A DNA stretch of 63,666 nucleotides, counting the filler, from Octopus bimaculoides (Eukaryota): the NCBI RefSeq assembly GCF_001194135.2. It is 6 parts of 6 records of this genome, joined end to end, with 100 filler letters (N's around TTAATTAATTAA, not from the genome) between each part and the next. Parts side by side here need not be neighbours in the genome. Positions count along the whole stretch, not along the records: positions 42,883 to 59,397 come from NC_069001.1; positions 59,498 to 61,775 come from NW_026324841.1; positions 61,876 to 63,666 come from NW_026430683.1; 3 more parts are not named here. One strand, given 5' to 3'. Numbering within the stretch: position 1 is the stretch's first letter; each line of letters starts with the position of its first letter. Positions 51,831 through 63,666 of the stretch are shown here, piece after piece. Under the pieces are notes generated by a model, which was not told where the DNA came from, searched no databases, and saw nothing but the letters and a program-made list of their open reading frames with translations. A program made the position numbers and the translations under genes.

Positions 51831-52594
51831 AACCTTTTCAATCACTCATCTATTTTCCCTCCACTCATTTGGCAACAATCACACAGACAGGTCACTTTGC
51901 AAGCATGCAGTACTGGGTTCAACACCACTGTGCAGAACCTCAAGCAAATGCTTGTTACTACAGCCCCAGCTCGACCAATGCCCTTTGAGTGAATCTCATC
52001 AATGGAAACTGTGGGGAAGCTCATTGTGTGTGTGTGCTTATGTATGTATGCTTTTTATTTGCCCCCCACAACTGTTTAAAACTAGTGATGGTTTGTTTAC
52101 ATCCCCATAACTGAGCAGTTCTGCACAAAAAATTGACAGAATAAATACCAGGTTTAAGAATGAGTCCTAGGGTTGACTTGTTTGACAGAACTCTTGAAAG
52201 TTGTGCCCCAGCATGGGCACAGTTCAATGACCAAAACTAGAAAAGCACTCGGAGAGTGAAGGCCTCTGCCAAGCAGTTCATTTCCACTCATAGACACGCA
52301 TGCTGAAAATCACCCAATTTCCCAAACTAATACCAGCAAAAACTACACAGTTGAAAATCCATTATCCGATACTCATGGGACAGTGATTGTTGCAGATTTT
52401 TGATTTTTCTAATTTCAGATTTCTTTATTAAAAAAAAAAAAATTGCATCTACAAAACGGAACAGTTTGAGGATAGAAACCAGGTCTAAACACAATAGCTT
52501 ATAGACATATTCTGAATGTAGTTCTATATAAATCTTTAATAATTTTTTTATACCCACGTTGTCATGCTTTGATTAAAAGGTTACAGAGCATAGA

Positions 52595-53100
52595 TTAGAT
52601 TACTTAGATAAGTTTCGGCCGAAGCTGACTCAGGCCATGTCTAATTTAATAGCACCACCTGGAAGAGATACACAGTCAGCTCTGAGGAACCGTAGCCCAT
52701 TCAAGCAGAGGGTTATTGTTTTCAGAGACATATCTGGGTGTGGGTGGTTTATCTGGTATTTGTTGGGAGTAATCATCTAGGGATCGTTTGAATGTTGTGA
52801 AATCACTTTCCTCCTGTATGTGTGTCTGACACAATGTTGAAGAGAGCAGGGCCAATTGAGGTGAAGTAGTTCTGTCATAGTGTTGTGATACGACACAAAC
52901 ATTTCTGTAGTGGACGGATGGCATGGGAACCAAGCCCCGGATGAATTTCAAAGATGGGCAATGTTGATGGAATATTTTCCACATCATACAGATGATATAG
53001 AGCTTACAGTGGCGGTAGAGGGAGCAAAGCCTGAGCTTTTTGAGTCGATCCCAATAGTCAAGGCTTGTCATGTCATCCTCCGCAGACCTCCGCCAAGCAG
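52595..53100 (-). mobile_element. Non-LTR retrotransposon 3-prime end (CR1/L2-group, clade uncertain)
   Basis: SLDYWDRLKKLRL, FKRSLDDY and IPDKP; tail ttatctaagtaatctaatc. Confidence 0.7.
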
Positions 53101-53229
53101 CTCATTTTAAGATAGATATGCGAGTAAAATTACTAATAGAGAAACGAAAATAAACTTTGGAAACAGCAACACCACCATAGGTTACGTGGAAACGATGAAC
53201 GTGTTTTCAAGGGAGATAATCAAAGAACG

Positions 53230-53462
53230 TAAAATTGTAATACTTCATGTAAAGTAAATATAACAAATGAAAAATCCTTCAAGAATCCATAAAAATTCCA
53301 GGATCACTATTAAAATTTCATCATCTGTTTCTTGTGTCATTACCAACTTTTCCTGCAAGTTTCATCAAATACTGCTCACAACTGTTAGAGTTATTTTGCA
53401 CACAGACCGACAAACCAACGCCGATGAAAACATAACCTCCTTCCTTGGCAGAGGTAACAAGT
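53230..53462 (-). mobile_element. Non-autonomous Helentron/DINE-like element
   Basis: ttacctctgccaaggaaggaggttatgttttcatcggcgttggtttgtcggtctgt start with a short GTCT-like tract. Confidence 0.5.
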
Positions 53463-54824
53463 AAAAGATAAAAGATAAAAGATACACAAACACTCACATA
53501 TGCATATATACATAAATATAAACTTAGAAATACACATGTATACATCTGCACATCCACACATATAGAGGAACGCCCCCTCTAACATACACACACACACACA
53601 AACATGCATGGATTTTTATCACTTAACCAATGAAACTTATGTATAAACATGCTCAAATATTTAGAAATATATATGTGGAGGGTGGACGTTATATGATGCT
53701 GATGGTGATGATGATACAATTACATGTACATCCATACAAAAATACACATATACATACACATGAAAACACACACATGTACTCATCACAAACACAATCAAAC
53801 ACAAACATACACGTATATGCATATACGTATATATGTTTATATTTATATATCTATTTATAAATAATATACATACATCCATAAACACACACACACACACATC
53901 TTCAAGCCATATTTGTGGCTTATCTCTTGTCTGTTGATGTTTGTCAATGTAAAATAAGTTTTGCTTTGAAGGAGGTCACTACGGTATCAGTTTGGGAGAG
54001 AAAAAGAAACCGATCCGTCTCCCCATAACAGGTGGGAGGGTCATTTCACACACACACACACATATGTACTCTTACTGTTATCTTCAGGAAGACTTCATTG
54101 TTGGCTGTCCATTGTAGGTCGACGTTGACTGTTTTGTTTAGAAATTCTCTGAACGAAACACCTTTGAACGGTAAGACAATTGGCATGAACGCCACCACCA
54201 CAAACTGCCCCTCTGGGCCTCTGTGCTAAATACCCATTGGTGTACAAGGGTGCAATGAGCTTGTAGCAGCTCACTTGCAAGTTGATACCCTACCATTGTC
54301 TGATGGTACAGATGTTCCGTTTGGCTGCAATAACCTTCAATGCATTGGTTTACGATTCTTCTGCTTTGTCAGTTATCCAATGTCCTGCAACCGACATCTT
54401 CTCTGTATCCTTGGTATAGAAGGCTTAGGGGTTGTTAAGAGCTGCCTAAGGTGCCACCCCAGTCTACAGACAAAACGAGCAACTTAATCTCCCTTTTCAC
54501 AACCTGCCACTGATATGGATGCTGTACACTATGTATGTGTGTGCAGGTGTATATAAGTTTTGAGTGGAAAGAGGTTCCTCATTCACAGCCCAAGTGAATA
54601 CCAGTTTATCCCAGTATTAATATACTTTGGATTTCATTAATTTCTGTTAGTATTAGTGTTAAAACTTATGAAGTTCCAGTTGTCATTATAAATGTTTTCA
54701 TCCATTTGATTAAGAGAACAAAATTTTAATCTTCTGTTTTGTCAGTTATATATGAAAATTAAACAAGAAATATATATAATAACCTAACTACATCTAAATA
54801 GATAAAAATTGTAACAAAAATTTC

Positions 54825-55670
54825 ACTGGCTGCACCAGACTCCAATCTGATCTGGCAGAGTTTCTACAGCTGGATGCCCTTCCTAACGCCAACCACTCCA
54901 AGAGTGTAGTGGGTGCTTTTACGTGCCACCGGTACTGGCAACGGCCATGCTCAAATAGTGTTTCTTACATGCCACCTGCACAGGAGCCAGTCCAGCGGCA
55001 CTGGCAACGACCTCACTCAAATGTTTTTTCACGTGCCACTGGCACAAGTGCCAGTAAGGTGATGCTGGTAACGATCACGCTCAAATGGTGCTTTTTACGT
55101 GCCACTGGTACGGAAGCCAGACAGCTGCTCTGGCAGTGACCCCGCTCGGACGGTGCTGTTAGTGGTCCACTGGCATGGGTGCCAGTCATCGAATTTGGTT
55201 TGATTTCGATTTCACTTGCCTCAACGGGTCTTCGCAGAGTTTAGTGTCCAATGAAGGAAAGGTACGCACAAGTGGGCTGGTTACACCCCTGGCAGAGGCC
55301 ATGGGTTATGGTCTCACTTGGCTTGCTGGGTCTTCTCACACACAGCATATTTCTAAAGGTCTCAGTCACTAGTCATTGCCTCGGTGAGGCCTAATGTTCG
55401 AAGGTCGTGCTTCACCACCTGATCCCAGGTCTTCCTGGGTCTACCTCTTCCACAGGTACCCTCAACCGCAAGGCTGTGGCACTTTTTCACACAGTCATCC
55501 TCATCCATTCTCGCCAAATGACCATACCAGAGAAGTCGTCTCTCTTGCACACCACAACTGATGCTTCTAAGGTCCAACTTTTCTCCCCAGGTACTTACAC
55601 TCTGTCGGGTATGCACACTGGCACTACACATCCAGCAGAGCATACTGGCTTCATTCCTTGCGAGCTTACG
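54825..55670 (-). mobile_element. RTE LINE 3-prime fragment with tandem subrepeats in the 3-prime UTR
   Basis: RKLARNEASMLCWMC...RRLLWYGHLARM...GRGRPRKTW; 4-5 acgtgccac/ctcaaatggtg units at 54905-55170. Confidence 0.9.
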
Positions 55671-56618
55671 CATGAGGCACAGGTGTGGCTGTGTGGTAAG
55701 AAGCTTGCTTCCCAACACATGGTTCTGAGTTCAGTCCTATTGTGTGTCACTTATANNNNNNNNNNNNNNNNNNNNNNNNNNNNNNNNNNNNNNNNNNNNN
55801 NNNNNNNNNNNNNNNNNNNNNNNNNNNNNNNNNNNNNNNNNATATATATATATATATATAGGTGCTTAACCTGCACCTATCCACACAGTCACACAAGAGA
55901 GAGAGAGGAGGGGAGATAGAAAGAGAGAGAATAAAGGAGAGAGAACACAGAGATAGTGACATAGAGAGAAAGAGGGAGAGAGAGAGAGAAAGAGAGAGAG
56001 AGAGGGAGGGAGAGAAAGAAAGGGAGTGGGAGAGAGAGAGTGTTGATTGTTATGCTTGTTGTTACCAATCCCCCCCACACCTCCATAACTCATTTCCTAT
56101 CATTGTTTCTTGCAAGCTGTGACAACAACAAGAACAACATTAATAACTACAGTGCCATCTGTAGCAGGAGCAGCAAAAGCAGCAGCAGCAGCAGCAGTGG
56201 CAGTAGTAGTAGTGGTAGTGGCAGTAGTAGTAGTGGTAGTGGTGTAAGTAAACTATTGTGAGATCTTTGCTTACAAGTATCGGACATCACAGGTTCACCT
56301 CTGTTACCTCCAGGAATTCACTAACGCACAACCACATCTATCCATCTATCTATCTATCTAGTTATATATTTATATATATAGTTATATACAAGTTTATACA
56401 GAAAAACCAAGAACAAAAACAAAAAACTTTGAGAAAACAATTTTTCAATAATTTACATAGGAATATCAATTGATCAATCTATCTATCTACACACACACAC
56501 ATCTATCTATATCTCTTTCTCTCTCTCTCTCCCTCTCTCTCTATATATATATTATATATATATATACTATATACATACATACATATATATATATATTCAA
56601 AGTTTTAAACAAGAGAGA

Positions 56619-56843
56619 ATGGGTTGCAAATTCTGTGTTGTGGTCCTTGGTTTAATGATGTGGGCAGTGGTGAACTTGGATTTAGCTGCTTCGGTTGACC
56701 AAAATATGTCGAATTCCATCACCAACGCCACCACCAACGCCGCCACCAGCACAAATATTACGACAGGGGCCAGTAAAGAGACGACCACAGTGGCAAACAC
56801 TACTGTGGCACCAACAAATAAATCAATAACCACAGTCATAACG
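56619..56843 (+). CDS. First coding exon of a secreted or membrane Thr-rich, N-glycosylated mucin-like protein
   Basis: ATG, signal-peptide-like MGCKFCVVVLGLMMWAVVNLDLAA, Thr-rich region with NMS/NAT/NIT/NTT/NKS sequons, ACG/GTAAGT donor. Confidence 0.75.
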
Positions 56844-58479
56844 GTAAGTGATCAGCATATTTTTTCACTGTTTATTAGCTTGTCTTTTTTTTGTTTTTTT
56901 TTTATTGCAATGTCTTGGCCCCAGGAGGAAAATTGTTTAAGGGTTGGGACATAAATATCTTATGGGGGATTGCTCCAGCCTTTTTTTTTTTTTGGCAGTT
57001 TAAGGTTAAAGGACGACTTAGTGTTTCATCCTTCTTGTTGGAGATCGGGGAATGGACAGGGGGTGGGATGAGGTCAATAGAATATTTTTTAGTAGTCAAG
57101 TATGTGTGTTGGGGGAGAGTTTGATAATCTTCTTCTTCTTCTTCTTCTCCTCCTCCTCCTCCTCCTCCTCCTCCTCCCTTGCAGAACTGGTTACTCCACC
57201 TCAAAATCCCACCCAGTCATGACATCTCCCGATCGACAGAAAAAGCAATTCCCGTGAGTTGGGATGCATTTGCTGTTACATCAATGACATGAGCTATATG
57301 CAGGGAAGCGTTATAAATGCTGGGTAAGATGAAGACCCTGATAAAAGGATCTATGCCCTTGATCTTGCTTGAACCCTTCCACAGCATTGAAGGGCCCTCC
57401 AAGACCAGTGATGTCAAATCAGTTAATGTTCCTCTTCAATAGCTGCGAGTGAATGGTTGAGTGAAAAACATAGGTAGGAAGGTGATCTTTAAAGGGGTGA
57501 GGTTTTGGGGAGAAAAAACTAGTCATGAGAAGGGCCTCCAGAATTGAGGCGATTATGGGGCCTTCAGAATGGGTATATCATGAAGAGGAAGGGATAGCAA
57601 TGAAAGAGAGTTTCAGAAGGGTGAAGTTCTGGGGAGGAAGGACTAGCCATGAGAGGGGACCTCCAGAAAGGAGATGCCATGAGGAGGAAGGCGCAGTTAT
57701 AGGAATACCCTGGAGGTCAAGATTTTGTTGAAGAAGGACACACGCACACACACACACACATAGATACACACACATATAGATACACGCAGAGAGGGGGGAG
57801 GTCCTGGAAAGGAAGAACCAAGCATAGAAGGCAAGGGTCTCCAAAGAGTAGAACATCACGGGGGAGGAAAAGCATCTCAACAGAAGAAGTATCCAGACTG
57901 TTCAGGTTCTATGGAAAGACACACACACACACACACACACACATCCACACTCCTTCAAGGATGTATCCCAGGCACGGATTTCATTTTACTTCTGGTAAAA
58001 TCTGGAATAAATAGGAAGTAACAATGGTGTTTATCAGGTCAAGTGTTTTGGATGCATTGGCCCCGTTGCAGTGCATTGCCTCCTTCATCCTTTGTCTGAG
58101 TCCTCGCAAGTGACCTGTTGAGCCAAGTCCCAGTCAGTCCCCATCTTTGCAAGATACCTCCTCCTCCTCCTCATCTGCTGTGACCATATAATTTGATTTT
58201 TTTATATAAGAGAGCATCGTGGTCAATTGATGAATTTTATCGACCCTTTAATATTCAGGTTATTTTGAGTAATCCTGCATTATTTCATTGCTTTGAGATT
58301 TCAATGATGTGATTGTTTATTTTTAGAATGACATTGTAGGATAGGTGTGAGAAGCTGGATCTGGCCAGTTTGAACATAAAACAGAATATTTGGGCTGGAT
58401 ATGGCTGGTTTAAATGTTAAATGGTTAAGGTAACAAGAGTTAATAAAAAAAAATAAATGTTTGCCTTTTGAGCCACTCC

Positions 58480-58705
58480 AAGCCCATGAGGGCCCGTTTC
58501 CTGGTTTCCTGGTTTCCATGGCGTGTAAATTCCCCACCAGAACGGGACGCCAGTCCATTGCACGATTACTCCCTTTTGCTAGCTGAGTGGACTGGAGCAA
58601 CGTGAAATGAAGGGTTTTTGCTCAAGAATACAATGCATTGCCTGGTCCAGGAATTGAAATCACAGTCTTACGATCATGAGCCCCTAACCACTAAGCCAGG
58701 CACTG
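58480..58705 (-). mobile_element. tRNA-headed SINE with a conserved core
   Basis: tggcttagtggttagg A box, gatttcaattcc B-box-like, core, atggactggcgtcccgt domain. Confidence 0.7.
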
Positions 58706-59109
58706 TCACAATGAGAGTTAAAAAGAGGAGGGGAAATTCATTGTTGTCTTTACATGTAATTTCTTTACTGATATTTATTTTGGATATTAGATATATTAGT
58801 AAAATATATTTTTAAGTAGTAAAATTAGTTTATATAAAATATTAAGTTGTGGCATGTGGTTTAGCAACATGGGCCATCAGCCCTTCCTCCATGAAGGGAA
58901 CATTGGTAAGCTGGGTTTCACTCAGAAAATCTAGCAACATGGCCAAACAGTCTGGGCTGTCACTTCTGGAATCATAACAACTAACAGGATGCATCCCAGT
59001 TTCTGAGTGAGATTGACAAGGACAAACAGACTCTCATGGAAGTTCTTGCAAAACAAATCCAAACTCTCTGTCTGTCTGTCTGTCTTTCCTCACTCTCACA
59101 TCACACCTC

Positions 59110-59360
59110 TTTCTCTTCCTCTGTTTGTCTGCCTGCCAGTCTGCCAGCCTGTCTTTGTCTGTCTGTCTGTCGATTTATCTATGTATGTATCCATCTGTAT
59201 CTCTATCAGTATTTCCATCCATCCATCCACCCATCCATCCATCCATCCGTCCATCAATCCATCCACCCATCCATCCGTCCATCCATCCATCCATCCATCC
59301 ATCCATCCATCCATGTATCTATCTCGCTATCTATCTATCCATCTATCTATCTGTCTAGTT
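59110..59360. repeat. Compound (TCTG)n/(TCCA)n/(TCTA)n microsatellite
   Basis: Direct reading. Confidence 0.95.
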
Positions 59361-59859
59361 GAAACAATTTCCAATATACAAGTTTGTTTGTATATATNNN
59401 NNNNNNNNNNNNNNNNNNNNNNNNNNNNNNNNNNNNNNNNNTTAATTAATTAANNNNNNNNNNNNNNNNNNNNNNNNNNNNNNNNNNNNNNNNNNNNACA
59501 TACACACACATACATACATATGTGTGCGTGTTGGTGTGTGTAAGTCTAGTTTAGTTAGTCCAAGTATATCAAGAAAGAAAAACTCAATACAGGTTTTGAG
59601 TAACAATTTTATTGTGGTTATTGTAAAGTTCAGTGCCTGAAAATCACTTGTGAAAAATAAGAGAAAAGAAAAACGATGTATATTCTAGTAAAGCATATAA
59701 TCTATGAGTCACGTTAGATAGCATTAATATCTGGGGTGAATACACCTAAATGGTGTTAAAATGCTTATAGGGTCACTATGAGTGTAAAAAATAATGTGAT
59801 AGCTCTTTCAGCTCGGTAGCTTTGTTCTCTTTTTGCAGATTTATGAAATTTCCCCAACA

Positions 59860-61775
59860 CTCATCCTGAAGTACTTCTGCTCATCGTCGTCCAGCCCGAA
59901 GTTTCAGGGCCCATGACACAGAATGTTGTGTCTCTAGTTACCAAATCCAAGAAAAGAAGCATTATTTTTCATCTATTGCTGCTACCGATTTATAATGTTG
60001 GGCATCGAGCTTGGCCACCCAAGACTGAGACACTAGACATCGACAGTGATCAACAGGCCTAAAATGCAAAAAGGAAGGACCATGTTTGGCTTTTTACACG
60101 ACTGTCTGACCCAGGGAACCAGACAACAAGCAGCTGGACAGGATTCAGCATCCAGACCCGCAATGATGTCACAGTTGTCAAGGGCACAGTGAGCTAGCTG
60201 CCAGCTATCAACGCTCCTGCAACAGACATGTACATAGTGAATAAAGTGCTGGATCAACCTACTCGAATCATGGATTCCTTGCAGCTCATCAAGATATTTT
60301 CGTGTGTTTGACCGAGCACTCTATGCCAAGGCAGCTGAAATAGTGTGGAAAAAGACAAGTATAGAAACATAATCATCAGAATGGGAGTTTTCTACACAAT
60401 TAGCAACCTCCTTTCTATCGTCGGCAAGCGGTTTCAAGATGCAAAGATCATGGATATGTTTGTTGAATCAGGTGTCACAGCAGATGGACCAGTGGCTGGG
60501 ATCATGGAAGGACGCAAGTACAACTGTGCAGTCAGGGTACACAAATGTGTGCATGAAACACCAATGAGGCTTGCCTGGAAAGGGTTTCTCCCATGGGTAG
60601 AAGACAATCATACAGAAGATGTGCCTCATCTAGCAGAAACATTGAAGGTTATAGGCAACTTTCAAAGCAGTGTCAGTCAGATGTACCTCCAAGTTCTTGG
60701 AAATGAATCCTGCACAAGGTTCTTGTAGCTGTTTCAAACCTACCTTGAATCTCTTAGATGCATGTACAGTCAGTCGGATTTCTGGATGTCATACATAGAC
60801 ATGGTGGAGATCATGCTTGGCTTAGCGTCCAGAGGTGACTGGATCCTCCATTCGAGAGATGATCCCATGGTATTTTTCCGATAAAATGGAGAACTATGCT
60901 CGTTTCCTGATCTACTACTATTTAATGATGACTCGAATCCACTTTGGACATTCTGAAGTCTATGTACAGTTCATGAATGGTGGTTTTTCAGCCCAGATTG
61001 GAGAACGAAATCCATTTGGACGTATACCAGTGGACCAAACAATCGAAGAGATGATTAACAAGGACAGCCAAACACCTGGCGGACAAACGTCTGGCAATTA
61101 TTCAGTCTGAAAGCTGGAGCAGTGGCTAGGTTCTATTTAACCTTAGAGTATCGCAGCTCATACTTACGGCAAGTGAGAGATATGATAAATGGANNNNNNN
61201 NNNAAACACAAGTCCTTGAACCACCCTGACCTGAATCAGTCAAGGATCAAGAAAGATGAAACGGATATCCAATCCCTTGTTCAGCTCATGGAGGCAGTAT
61301 GGCTGAACCCAATCAAACCTGACAATGGGGATCTTCTGAGCTCGTCCAGTGCCACTAGAGCACCACCAGAGATAGAAAAAGATTTCCTGCATGCTAATAA
61401 GCTTGGATAAGAATCATACCATGTCTTCAGAGCAGAACATGTCGAAGCTGATGTGCCTTCTAAAAGATTCCCTGACAAGATGACTAAAATGGGACCGAAA
61501 AGTTTCTCGGACATCAGAGAGAAACCACGCACTCAAGTGCATGCCAAGATGTGTGTTTGAAAGCTGACCGAGATTTATTTGGTCACATGATCCTTGTAGC
61601 AGAAAGCAGAAAGCTACATATGCCCGATGTACTGGCTCACCCTTTGGGCCCTCTACAGTTTGCACCTGTCAATGCTGATGGGTCTCTTCGTAATACCAAC
61701 AAAGCATCCCTAGCTAGAGAGTTGGAGAGGAATGTTGCCCCAGCAGTCATGCCCTGAGAGGTGGCATCTTTTGCA
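59860..61775 (+). mobile_element. Large DNA-transposon transposase pseudogene, probably Academ-type
   Basis: SWTGF, LPAINAPAT, VFDRALYAKA, RMGVFY, GRKYNCAVRVHK, RIPVDQTIEE and LAHPLGPL; many stops; superfamily from memory. Confidence 0.55.
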
Positions 61776-61875
61776 NNNNNNNNNNNNNNNNNNNNNNNNN
61801 NNNNNNNNNNNNNNNNNNNTTAATTAATTAANNNNNNNNNNNNNNNNNNNNNNNNNNNNNNNNNNNNNNNNNNNN

Positions 61876-63666
61876 ATGTATGTATGTATGTATGTCTGTA
61901 TTTATATATATGAATATATACCTATATATAAATGTATATGTGTATATATACCTATGTATAAGTGTATATGAATATACATCTATGTATGTATATGTGTGTA
62001 TTTGTGTGTGTTTATATGTATGTATATATGTATGTATCTATATATCTATATANNNNNNNNNNGTATGTATATATGTATGTATCTATATATCTATATATAT
62101 ATATACATGTCTATCTATATATATGTATATATATAAATATATGTGTATGTATATACATGTATGTGTGTATATATATATATATANNNNNNNNNNNNNNNNN
62201 NNNNNNNNNNNNNNNNNNNNNNNNNNNNNNNNNNNNNNNNNNNNNNNNNNNNNNNNNNNNNNNNNNNNNNNNNNNNNNNNNNNNNNNNNNNNNNNNNNNN
62301 NNNNNNNNNNNNNNNNNNNNNNNNNNNNNNNNNNNNNNNNNNNNNNNNNNNNNNNNNNNNNNNNNNNNNNNNNNNNNNNNNNNNNNNNNNNNNNNNNNNN
62401 NNNATATATATATATATATTTGTATGTATATATGTGCATATATATATATATATGTATATATATATATGTATAAATATGTAGATATATGTGTAAATTTATG
62501 CATATATATACACATATATACATATATGTATATATGCATATATATATATATATATATANNNNNNNNNNTATATATATATATATATATATGCATATGTGTA
62601 TATATATGTGTGTGTGTGTTTTCATATATCTTTACATATATAAATGTATATGTGTATGTATATATATATATATGTATATATCAATATAAATATCTATATC
62701 TAGGTATATATGTACACATGCAATTATATATATATGTCTATATATAATCATATTTATGTGTGTATATTCTTATATATACACATAAAGATGCATCTATACA
62801 CATTTATGTACACATGCACACACATACATATATAAAAACAGTATACGCATTATATATATATATGTATATATGTGTGTATGTATATTTTTATATATGTACA
62901 TACGCATGTACATACATTTTTATTTCAGTGTGTGTATGTGTCCATGAGTGTATATATGTGCATGAGTGTGTATGTATGAATGCGTGTGAAGAGGACCTTT
63001 TTTTTTCTACAAGTAATACATGATGATTTGATAAATGATCGTTGTGTGTGCATACATGCACATTGAAACAGAGATACACACAGACAGACACATGCATATA
63101 TAAGGGCAGAGAGAAAATAAGAGAAAAAGTAAGTTGCTTGAGTAGAGTCAGTTGAAAAATGGTAAATGAAAAACACAAAAAGGGCATATGTGTATGTGTG
63201 TGTATGTATGTAAATTCATAATTATAATAACAATAATAATAATGATGATGATAATGATAATAATAATAATGATATATTAAATACATACATATATGTACGT
63301 TATTATGTATATGCATTATATATATGTATGTGTATGTGTGTGTATATATATATATATATATATANNNNNNNNNNATATATATATATATATATATATGTAT
63401 ATATGGCCACAGCATCAAGACTGAAACAGAAAAGAATTAAAAAAAAGAATATATATATATGTATATAGTTATGTATTTATCTATATCTGTACATCTATAT
63501 ATAGTTATATCTATATGTGTGCGTATGTGTATACATATATGTATGTATATATATATAAGCACATACACTTATGTATGTATATGTGGATAGAAACCTACAT
63601 ACCTATACGCATACACTTCCATGCATATGCATATATCCCTATGTATACATGCACACACACACACAT
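61876..63666. repeat. Degenerate (TA)n/(TG)n low-complexity segment
   Basis: Direct reading. Confidence 0.9.

Noticed and set aside
52610-52650. Hammerhead-like CTGA...GAAAC at the LINE 3-prime end (minus strand)
   Set aside because: It reads CTGAGTC rather than CTGANGA, and I found no stem III/cleavage partner; more likely a LINE tail stem-loop.
57220-57900. Possible LINE endonuclease remnant with an internal duplication of about 100 bp
   Set aside because: Only a weak DR...G-YI resemblance and many stops; no supportable family.
9306-63418. His/Thr/Ile/Tyr-, Leu/Ser- and Glu/Arg-rich ORFs
   Set aside because: Translations of CA, TA, GA, CAT and TCCA microsatellites or purine-rich introns.

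Overview
AT-rich, microsatellite-dense animal DNA. The SINE/RTE families and C2H2 gene style suggest Octopus (inference). The window is not one contiguous locus: five artificial 44N-TTAATTAATTAA-44N spacers divide it into six segments (1-22034, 22135-32086, 32187-42782, 42883-59397, 59498-61775, 61876-63666). Segment 1 holds the central part of a minus-strand P5B ATPase gene (ATP13A3-like). I traced 12 exons with GT-AG boundaries and matching phases; two of them are homologous tandem copies of one N-domain exon and are candidate mutually exclusive exons. Segment 2 is a stack of decayed transposons: RTE, Tc1, an ORF1-only half-L1-like element, a Tx1-like L1 and Penelope. Later segments contain hAT, RTE, CRE, mariner, Chapaev-like, Helentron-like and Academ-like remnants, a TPR first exon (TTC32-like), a single-ORF C2H2 zinc-finger gene and the first exon of a secreted Thr-rich protein. 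All family calls come from remembered motifs; no database search was run.
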